Position numbers and translations under genes: made by a program. A DNA stretch of 64,000 nt, taken from Candidatus Anstonellales archaeon. GTDB lineage: Archaea > Micrarchaeota > Micrarchaeia > Anstonellales > J096. The notes below the pieces were generated by a model. The model made no database searches. It was not told the DNA's origin and worked only from the letters and a program-made list of their open reading frames with translations. Below are positions 28,749-35,871 of this stretch, one piece after another. The stretch lies in NCBI GenBank assembly GCA_038896535.1, contig JAWACY010000002.1:14473-78472 (forward strand), given 5' to 3'. How positions within the stretch are numbered: position 1 is the stretch's first letter; the number at the start of each line of letters is the position of its first letter.

Positions 28749-29230
28749 ATAGTATTACTCTTATTATTCGATTTACATTTTCTACCAGAAAAGTCCTCAG
28801 GGAAGTCCAAGGACTTCCTGAGTCGCAGTACTCTTATTATTCGATTTACATTTTCTACTTTTGTGGCGGAGTTTTAACAGACATGCATTTAAATCTTGTC
28901 GCAGTACTCTTATTATTCGATTTACATTTTCTACTTATAAATCTTTTGGTTTAATATGTGTTATAGAAAAGTCGCAGTACTCTTATTATTCGATTTACAT
29001 TTTCTACAAAACAGAAGAGAGGGGCTGTTAGATATATTTTTGAGTCGCAGTACTCTTATTATTCGATTTACATTTTCTACTACAACAGCAACAGCAAAAC
29101 AACGAAGAAGAAAAAATAAGTCGCAGTACTCTTATTATTCGATTTACATTTTCTACTGCTTGGGAGTGAGGAGGGAGAGAATGGGTAGACAAAGTCGCAG
29201 TACTCTTATTATTCGATTTACATTTTCTAC
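28749..29230 (-). CRISPR. CRISPR array: 7 repeats of 37 bp (6 perfect and 1 degenerate terminal) with 6 spacers (36, 39, 36, 36, 39, 37 nt)
   Basis: The plus-strand repeat is GTCGCAGTACTCTTATTATTCGATTTACATTTTCTAC. Perfect copies lie at 28822, 28898, 28971, 29044, 29120 and 29194. The degenerate copy at 28749-28785 has 4 mismatches in the cas10-proximal 9 nt. The minus orientation is inferred from the degenerate end and the cas1-cas2 side leader. Confidence 0.92.
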
Positions 29231-29432
29231 ATGAAGGTTGTAACAGAAAAAAATGGTCGTCTGTGAATTTGGGGCAGTTGAATGATTTTATATGCAGTCA
29301 TAACTGCTCATTTTTTGAAACATATAAAAATAAAAGCAAAATAACAGACAACCAAGTGTGGCAGACTTCTTATAACGATTAAGCCACAATAAATATAATA
29401 AAGAAATATTTAAAAATTGATGTTTTAGGCGT
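29231..29432 (-). promoter_or_regulatory. Putative CRISPR leader (AT-rich, between the cas2 stop and the first perfect repeat)
   Basis: About 200 bp of non-coding AT-rich DNA lies adjacent to the non-degenerate end of the array and downstream of cas1-cas2 on the same strand. It contains a duplicated TTAAAAATTGAT. Confidence 0.5.
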
Positions 29433-29711
29433 TTAAAAATTGATATAATCCTCATCTTCAGGGTAAAAACCTTTACCAAAACATAAAACAGATGAGCTTT
29501 TACACTTATAAAGCAATATAACATGTATTGTATCAGAGCTAAATTCTTTGCATTTATCCAGTAATTTATTTAACCTATCATCCCTAAGAGTGCCCATAAA
29601 TCCGCTTTTTTGTACTCTCTCTAACCCCAAATCCTTTAAAAATTCTCCAAAATGACTCCTTTTTCTATCATCAGATATGTCATAGAAAACAGCAACATCT
29701 AAAAATTCCAT
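29433..29711 (-). CDS. cas2: Cas2
   Basis: VAVFYDISDDRKRSHFGEFLKDLGLERVQKSGFMG is the classic Cas2 beta-alpha-beta N-terminus. The protein is 92 aa and overlaps cas1 by 13 nt. Confidence 0.85.
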   Translation of the reverse strand: MEFLDVAVFYDISDDRKRSHFGEFLKDLGLERVQKSGFMGTLRDDRLNKLLDKCKEFSSDTIHVILLYKCKSSSVLCFGKGFYPEDEDYINF

Positions 29712-30607
29712 TCTGACACCTTTGGCACTCTAAAATCCTGTTCTTCTAAAAAGAACGAAGCTACACGCCTAACGAATAAAAGTGTTGCTTTCTCAAAGTC
29801 ATATAAAGAATTTTCAAAAATAAAATTTTCTTTTTTAAAGAATGCAACTACTTTTTTAGCATAATCCCTTTTAATAAGATCAAAATCTTTTTCTGGGTCG
29901 TCCTTTAAATATGAAAAAGCACAAAAATCAACAAAAGGCCTGAACGGCTCCATTAAATCAAAAACAAATGAAGTTCTGTAATCCTTTGTTGCGTGCAAAA
30001 TGCCCATATAAGGGTCTAAGCCGACACTTATTATTGCCTTTTCAATTGTATATCTCATTATCCCATAACCATAATTTAGGCATTTATTTAATGTATCTTC
30101 TGCCCCTATTTTAGTTCTTGTAAATCCCCTAAATATGCTGGATATGTTGCTCCAATAATCTTTTGCAAATAATGCCTCTTTATTCATAGCACTTTGCACA
30201 TATTCTTTAATAGGCTCTCTGTTATTCAAAGAAAGATTAAACTGCAGGTTAAAACCAAATAATGAAGCAACTTGCTTTTGGCCCAACATTTTTGCTTTTA
30301 TTATGTTATAAATAAATTTTTTCTTTTTTTCAGCAGATAATGACATTTGTGCTAATCTCAAAGTTGGTTTAGAAAGAGAGGTAGAAGGCAAAAAATATGT
30401 GGAGGCCATAGAAGAGAAGAATAAGGGAACGTTGTTTTTGGAGAGGGAAAGAAGGAAATTAGAAGATAAAGCAACGCCCTCTCCTATTATTATGGCCTCC
30501 ACCTTATCAAAGGACACTTCAAACAACGTTTCCCTTTTTTTCATAACTTTTACTCTGTTCCCCACCTTGGCAACAAAACACCCGTATTCACTTATCTCCA
30601 ATATCAC
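29699..30607 (-). CDS. cas1: Cas1 integrase
   Basis: LNYGYGIMR and MEPFRPFVD are Cas1 C-terminal domain signatures. The protein is 302 aa. Confidence 0.9.
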   Translation of the reverse strand: MILEISEYGCFVAKVGNRVKVMKKRETLFEVSFDKVEAIIIGEGVALSSNFLLSLSKNNVPLFFSSMASTYFLPSTSLSKPTLRLAQMSLSAEKKKKFIYNIIKAKMLGQKQVASLFGFNLQFNLSLNNREPIKEYVQSAMNKEALFAKDYWSNISSIFRGFTRTKIGAEDTLNKCLNYGYGIMRYTIEKAIISVGLDPYMGILHATKDYRTSFVFDLMEPFRPFVDFCAFSYLKDDPEKDFDLIKRDYAKKVVAFFKKENFIFENSLYDFEKATLLFVRRVASFFLEEQDFRVPKVSEWNF

Positions 30608-30703
30608 CCCATCACCTCATTATATATACGCGCTTCAAGATTTTTAAGTTTAATCCCTAACATTAGGCATAAAGCTTAAAAATTTTTTGAATAATATTAT
30701 AGT

Positions 30704-31378
30704 ATGGCAAAAACACAAATAATATTTGTTGGTGGTAGGGAAGATGCTGCTTGGGAGTCACTGGTGAAATTCAAAGATAGCGAAACTAATAAGATAATAG
30801 GTTTTTATTCTGAAAGAAGTAAAGATGTTTGGGAAAGGATAAAAGCTAGGTTAGAAAAGAAGATTACAATAGAAGATGTAGAAGTAGATTTATCAGATAT
30901 GAAGCAAGTTTTATCATTATTAAGGGGTTATTTACAAAAAAAAGAAAACTTTATATTGAATGTTACAGGAGCGCCAAAAGAATTGTTATTGGGCATAATA
31001 TTACTGGGTTTAGATAAAAGTTATTCACATATTGACATAGTTATGCTTCAGGTTGGTGGTAAAGAAATAGTTTTTAGCCCTGCTATGCTCAGATATGCAA
31101 TATGTGATATAAATGGGAAGACAAAGAAATTCTTGGAGGCTATATCAGAACAATTAGGGAATGGAGAAGAATTAAGCTTATCCGAATTGCAGAAGAAATT
31201 AAATAGAAGTAAAGCTACTTTATCTGAATCCATCGCTAGAATGGAACAAAGAAAAATAATAATAAAAAGGAGAGAAAAAAACAAAATTTTTGTAAAGTTA
31301 AATCCTTTTGCTAAATCTATTATTGATATTTTAATACTTAAAGAAACAAAAAATGGTGGTAAGAATGGAAGAAAATAA
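30704..31378 (+). CDS. csa3: Csa3-like CARF plus winged-HTH regulator
   Basis: The N-terminal Rossmann-like CARF has IIFVGGRED and NVTGAPKEL. The C-terminal wHTH is LSLSELQKKLNRSKATLSESIARMEQRKII. The gene is divergent from cas1. Confidence 0.6.
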   Translation: MAKTQIIFVGGREDAAWESLVKFKDSETNKIIGFYSERSKDVWERIKARLEKKITIEDVEVDLSDMKQVLSLLRGYLQKKENFILNVTGAPKELLLGIILLGLDKSYSHIDIVMLQVGGKEIVFSPAMLRYAICDINGKTKKFLEAISEQLGNGEELSLSELQKKLNRSKATLSESIARMEQRKIIIKRREKNKIFVKLNPFAKSIIDILILKETKNGGKNGRK

Positions 31379-32630
31379 AGATAAAGAGGGTAGGAAGGTT
31401 TACATAGCGGTAATAGGTGACTGGCATAGATATTGTCTGGCTAAAACATACGATGAAAACAACAATTATATAGGGGAATGCAAATACCCGCCTTTTGAAA
31501 AACTAAAAAGAGGGGATATTGATATACTTATAATTTTCAGAGAAGATACAAAAGAAACGCAGAAGGGTATTGATGAAATAAAAGAAAATCTTGGAGAAGA
31601 ATTCGAAAAAAAAGTTATAGATAGAAAATTAAATAGTAAAGAATCGAGCATGAGATTAATTGATGAATTATTAAATGAAATAGCTGCACTGAAAGATGAA
31701 GATGAAATAATTATTGATTTTACACATGGCAAAAAAAATTTTACTTCAACACTTCTAATTATAGGCTCTTTGTTAAAGGTACTAAACCCAGAAAAAACAA
31801 AGATTTTATATATAGACCATGATTGTCCTAAAATTAATAAAGCAACTCAAGGGAGTAAGGGAGAAGAATCAAGATATTTAGACGCTTCTTATTATGGCGA
31901 CGTTATTGCAGAAATAATAAAAATAAATGAAGCAGTAAGCCATTTGTCTCCAGAAAAAATGGAAGAGATTCTTAAAATGGAGAACGCAAAAGTTAGTAAT
32001 GAAGTAAAAGCGCAAGAATCTGAGCAAGAAAAACAGGCTTCTTATAATAAACGCAGTTATATTACAGGCGTTTTAGGAAAACTAAAAAACTTACTCTTTG
32101 CCATTCGTTTGGGTATTGTTACTGATAAAGTAAAGAGTGAAATTGAAGAAATAATAAAAGAGGACGTTAATGATAATAAGGGCAAGACTAAATTTATATT
32201 AAAAAATACGCAAAGACAATTAAATAAAATTTATGAACGCATACGCCATAATAAATTCTGGAAAAGACAAAAAGAACTTGGTGATTACATGTGGGATTTA
32301 GGCCAATATCAGTTGGCTGTTGCCTTAATAAGAGAAGCATATATAAGTAGAGAAATAGAAAAGAGGGGGAAAAAAGATTTATATAATAAGGATGTAAGAG
32401 AACAAATTGGCTGGAAGTTATTTAATAAAAACGAGAATAAAAACTATTCATATGTGTCTGAAATTAGAAATGCACTTGAGCATGTATTTACTTCTAATAG
32501 CCATTACCAAAATTTTTCTGGCAGCATGGATGAATTGCCTAAATATAATAAGATCAACTTAAATAATATAAAAAGTAAATTACTAAAAGGGTTTGAAGAT
32601 GGAGATAAAGATAGCAACAGCAATATTTGA
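31353..32630 (+). CDS. csx1: Csx1/Csm6-family CARF-HEPN ribonuclease
   Basis: The CARF motif is IIDFTHGKKNFT (compare D-I-T-H-G in Csx1). The C-terminal HEPN R-x4-H motif is SEIRNALEHVF. The protein is 425 aa. Confidence 0.7.
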   Translation: MVVRMEENKDKEGRKVYIAVIGDWHRYCLAKTYDENNNYIGECKYPPFEKLKRGDIDILIIFREDTKETQKGIDEIKENLGEEFEKKVIDRKLNSKESSMRLIDELLNEIAALKDEDEIIIDFTHGKKNFTSTLLIIGSLLKVLNPEKTKILYIDHDCPKINKATQGSKGEESRYLDASYYGDVIAEIIKINEAVSHLSPEKMEEILKMENAKVSNEVKAQESEQEKQASYNKRSYITGVLGKLKNLLFAIRLGIVTDKVKSEIEEIIKEDVNDNKGKTKFILKNTQRQLNKIYERIRHNKFWKRQKELGDYMWDLGQYQLAVALIREAYISREIEKRGKKDLYNKDVREQIGWKLFNKNENKNYSYVSEIRNALEHVFTSNSHYQNFSGSMDELPKYNKINLNNIKSKLLKGFEDGDKDSNSNI

Positions 32631-33495
32631 AGCTATAACGCCAGTAAGAATTCCAAAACTTGCAACACTTATGCTTAGAGGAGTTGTAGGAGAGAAATTA
32701 AAGCTTTTAACATGTAGATATAGAACAAATATATTATCTGGGAAATGTCATTTATGCAGTTATATCAAAACATGCCCTTATGGCTACTTATATGAGCAAG
32801 GACAGGACCCAATAAGGATCAATTCAGCTCTTACACCCCCTCCAAGGCCATATGTTTTTGAACCGCTTGAAAAAGAGGATTATATGCCTGGAGAAGAATT
32901 AAAAGTAAATATAAAAATAGCCACAAAATATAATTGGGCAGATAAGTTCATAGAGCATGCTTTCTCATCTATAGATGAGTTGGGAAAAGACAAAAATAGA
33001 GGTTTTGGTAAAATAAAATTTAAAGATATTAAGTGGGACAAGAAAGAAGTAAAACCTTTAGAATCGCTCCAAGATAGAGTTAGAGTTGAATTTAAAACTC
33101 CAACTGCTTTATATAGAGAAAAAGCATTATTATTGTCGCCATCTCTTTATGATATTTTAATCTTTTCTGCAAGAAGGTTTTTCTTAATATATTCAACTTA
33201 TTATGATAAAAACTATAAGTATAAATTTCATAATTTAGTAAAAGTAAAAGATAAAGCTTATGTGCATGCAACAAAAACTAAAGCTGAGCAGATAGAAAGA
33301 TGGTCAAATAGAAGAAAAATGAGAGAGAATATAACAGGTATATTAGGCAGTATAACATATTCTCTAAATAAAATAGATGATAAAGATTTAAGAAAAGATA
33401 TAAGGTTTCTACTAGGTTTTGCAAACGAAATGAACGTTGGCAAGAGGGCATGCGCAGGCCTCGGGAAAGTCAAAATAACATCTTACTCAGCTTAA
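32593..33495 (+). CDS. cas6: Cas6 pre-crRNA endoribonuclease (Cys-motif, pfam10040-like subtype)
   Basis: The N-terminal CHLCSYIKTCPYGYLYE motif is present. Glycine-rich loops are GKDKNRGFGKIKF and the C-terminal GKRACAGLGKV. The likely ATG start is at 32599. Confidence 0.75.
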   Translation: MKMEIKIATAIFEAITPVRIPKLATLMLRGVVGEKLKLLTCRYRTNILSGKCHLCSYIKTCPYGYLYEQGQDPIRINSALTPPPRPYVFEPLEKEDYMPGEELKVNIKIATKYNWADKFIEHAFSSIDELGKDKNRGFGKIKFKDIKWDKKEVKPLESLQDRVRVEFKTPTALYREKALLLSPSLYDILIFSARRFFLIYSTYYDKNYKYKFHNLVKVKDKAYVHATKTKAEQIERWSNRRKMRENITGILGSITYSLNKIDDKDLRKDIRFLLGFANEMNVGKRACAGLGKVKITSYSA

Positions 33496-33536
33496 AATTA
33501 ATGTTAATGATGCCAAAAAATCAATTCACAATATCT

Positions 33537-33656
33537 GGATTGGGGTTGGGGGTGGGGTTGAGGCGGGATTTGGGCTGGGATTGGGATTGAGGTGGGTTTG
33601 GATTTGGGTTGGGAGTGGGATTGGAGTTAGTGGTAGGGGTTGGTTTTGGATTGGGC
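33537..33656. repeat. G-rich, almost C-free ~120-bp tract of degenerate GGGATT/GGGTTG units
   Basis: The tract reads GGATTGGGGTTGGGGGTGGGGTTGAGGCGGGATTTGGGCTGGGATTGGGATTGAGGTGGGTTTGGATTTGGGTTGGGAGTGGGATTGGAGTTAGTGGTAGGGGTTGGTTTTGGATTGGG. It has at least 12 runs of G3 or longer and only about 2-3 C. It lies between the convergent cas6 and ORF 33627-34214. Confidence 0.85.
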
Positions 33657-34214
33657 TTTTAATGTGTTTAAAGCTATTAATTCTTCCATAACATTCTCAA
33701 TTACAATGCCAAACAAGTTATTTATTATTGCCAGCTCAACAGTTAATTCTCTTGCTTGCTCGTTTTTCATTAACTTGCCAAAAAGTGCGTTTTCCTCTTT
33801 TGTAAGATTTATTCCATCATTTTTTTTGCTTATTTTTTCATTTTCTACAGCGCTTGTGGCCTCATTAAAGTCTTTATTAAACTCTTCATCTTTATTCAAA
33901 TATATAAAAGCAACCAATTGTGACAACTTCCCAATTAAATCTGGAAGCAATGCTTTTTCTTTTTTGTTCATGCCAATAATATCAAATAATGCATCTACCC
34001 TCAATCCCATCTGATCTCCTAGCATTTTTGTAACGTTTGTTAAATCAGGATCATTTTTTACTTTCATTATAATTTCACCAACAGGGATAAATCTATCTGT
34101 ATAACTCTCTTGCATGTTTTCAACAAAATTTTTAAATTTTAAAAGATCTGCAACGCTTTCCTTTATTATGCCTTCTCTTACATCAATTTCTTTATTTCTT
34201 CTCATTTCTACCAC
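33627..34214 (-). CDS. Hypothetical protein (195 aa)
   Basis: This ORF is the last gene of a co-directional run: bcp, the 177-aa gene, the 181-aa gene, then this 195-aa gene. Its last 9 codons lie inside the G-rich tract. No motif was recognised. Confidence 0.45.
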   Translation of the reverse strand: MVEMRRNKEIDVREGIIKESVADLLKFKNFVENMQESYTDRFIPVGEIIMKVKNDPDLTNVTKMLGDQMGLRVDALFDIIGMNKKEKALLPDLIGKLSQLVAFIYLNKDEEFNKDFNEATSAVENEKISKKNDGINLTKEENALFGKLMKNEQARELTVELAIINNLFGIVIENVMEELIALNTLKAQSKTNPYH

Positions 34215-34223
34215 CTTTTAATA

Positions 34224-34769
34224 TCACCTTTTAATATTAAATTCCTGATATGCTCTTGGGCCATAAGCATACAATATTAAAATTGTTAATTGCGGCACTT
34301 GGTTTCTAACAGAGCGCCAGTCCGATGCTGTTGATGGAAAAGTAAATGAAAGCACATGCTGCTCTTCTTTTTTCTCTTCATTAATCAATGAGAGTTTAAT
34401 TGAATATTTTATATGCCCGTCACGTGTTTTTTCAATATCTTTATGCCTGTCCAATGCCCTAAAAATTTTATCTGGATTGCCTGTTTGACTGCTTACATAC
34501 CTTTTTAAATCATTAACTAATTTCCTGAATTCATGATCGCCATAATTGCTCAACATATTTAGCATTTCATTTGGGTGGATAAATGCTTTGCCTTGTTTTT
34601 TTAATTTAACATAAACTCTTGCAATAGCATTTCTAATGCTATCTAATGTAATTAAATGCACAACTTCAGCAGCATCTTTGCTTATTTCTCTACCTTTTCT
34701 TTCTCCTTCCTTATTCTCAGCAATTATTGGCCCATAAGTTTTCAGCCTTTCCTTATCATCAAACTCCAT
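34224..34769 (-). CDS. Hypothetical protein (181 aa)
   Basis: This ORF lies 9 nt upstream of the next gene. No motif was recognised. Confidence 0.45.
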   Translation of the reverse strand: MEFDDKERLKTYGPIIAENKEGERKGREISKDAAEVVHLITLDSIRNAIARVYVKLKKQGKAFIHPNEMLNMLSNYGDHEFRKLVNDLKRYVSSQTGNPDKIFRALDRHKDIEKTRDGHIKYSIKLSLINEEKKEEQHVLSFTFPSTASDWRSVRNQVPQLTILILYAYGPRAYQEFNIKR

Positions 34770-34818
34770 GGTTATATAAATACTAAAACAATTTATAAAC
34801 CTTATTCATTACATCTGC

Positions 34819-35352
34819 TTATTGCATCTGCCCTTGCTGTATATTTTGCAAGCTTTGCATATATCTCTCTTCATCTTCAAATGTAATGTCAGCTTTTTGC
34901 AAAACAGCATAATAATCCATTTCTTTTTTCCTTTTCAAGCCAATAAAAATATAATCGAGGCCTTTCCATGAGATATACCATGATGGAAATAACGCATAAT
35001 CATATATTCTTGCTATTTGCGATTCTAATGATATAATGAGAAAATATATCATAATGCCAACAACAAGGAGAAAAATGCCTTTTAAAAATGTCCATTTCAT
35101 CTTTGATTCCTTGCTTTTTTGCTTCTTTTTAAAGAAATCTTTGAGCCTCTTCTTTATAGCTGTTTCATTCTGCTTATTCCTCTCTTTTGATGGCAGTGTT
35201 AATATAATTTTTTCAGGCCTTGTCCTTTTTGTCTTATTTTTCAATTCATCTATAAAATCAGCAGATATAAGTCTTGTTTCATACGGCCCTATATCAAAAT
35301 CTGAGAATAAATCATCATAGTTATCAAGTGCAATAATGATTTGCTCTGCCAT
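34819..35352 (-). CDS. Hypothetical membrane protein (177 aa)
   Basis: The N-terminal acidic segment is LDNYDDLFSDFDIGPYETRLISADFIDEL. A central TM helix is GIFLLVVGIMIYFLIISL. The gene starts 3 nt after the bcp stop. Confidence 0.5.
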   Translation of the reverse strand: MAEQIIIALDNYDDLFSDFDIGPYETRLISADFIDELKNKTKRTRPEKIILTLPSKERNKQNETAIKKRLKDFFKKKQKSKESKMKWTFLKGIFLLVVGIMIYFLIISLESQIARIYDYALFPSWYISWKGLDYIFIGLKRKKEMDYYAVLQKADITFEDEERYMQSLQNIQQGQMQ

Positions 35353-35355
35353 ATT

Positions 35356-35820
35356 TTAACCCAATGTTTTCAAGAAATTTAAAACTTCTTTTGCATGGCC
35401 TTTTGGATTGACATTGCTCCATTCTTTTATTATTTTTCCCTCACTTATTAAAAACGTTTTTCTCATTATGCCCTTAAATACTCTTCCCATAAAAGATTTT
35501 TCTCCAAAAGCATTATATGCCTTTATTACATCCATATTCTCATCACTCAAAAGCGTTATACCCAAATTATGGCCAATTATAAAATTCTCATGGCTTTTGC
35601 ATGAATCAGCAGATATGCCAATAATAAAGGCATTCATGCCCTCAAATTCTTTTTTTAATGATGTAAATTCAATAGCCTCTGTTGTACAGCCTGGCGTGTT
35701 ATCCTTTGGATAAAAATAAAGAACAATGTATTTATATTTTTTCATTAACTCCTTAAGGCAATGCTCTTTCCCATATGCATCTTTTAAACAAAAATCAACA
35801 GCTTTTTTTAGTGCTGGCAT
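35356..35820 (-). CDS. bcp: Peroxiredoxin, Bcp type
   Basis: YFYPKDNTPGCTTEA contains the peroxidatic Cys motif. The protein is 154 aa. Confidence 0.85.
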   Translation of the reverse strand: MPALKKAVDFCLKDAYGKEHCLKELMKKYKYIVLYFYPKDNTPGCTTEAIEFTSLKKEFEGMNAFIIGISADSCKSHENFIIGHNLGITLLSDENMDVIKAYNAFGEKSFMGRVFKGIMRKTFLISEGKIIKEWSNVNPKGHAKEVLNFLKTLG

Positions 35821-35871
35821 ATTTATAAAATAATAGCAAAGAATATAAATTTAATTCATTCAAAATCTTTC

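Noticed and set aside
28956-29234. A 92-aa plus-strand ORF and other short ORFs lie across the CRISPR array.
   Set aside because: The repeated peptide (STLIIRFTFST) is simply the translated CRISPR repeat, so these ORFs are an artefact of the array.
33507-33587. A small plus-strand ORF (MMPKNQFTISGLGLGVGLRRDLGWDWD) runs into the G-rich tract, raising the idea of a G/W-rich peptide gene.
   Set aside because: It is only about 26 codons with no Shine-Dalgarno-like sequence upstream. Its composition is dictated by the repeat itself, and the other frames are equally open by chance in C-free DNA.
33537-33656. The TTGGGG/TTAGGG-like units, together with the CCTAAC units at 21685-21797, might be telomere repeats or linear replicon ends.
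   Set aside because: Both tracts are internal to a continuous, gene-dense sequence and are degenerate. They differ from each other, and nothing else indicates a linear-replicon terminus.
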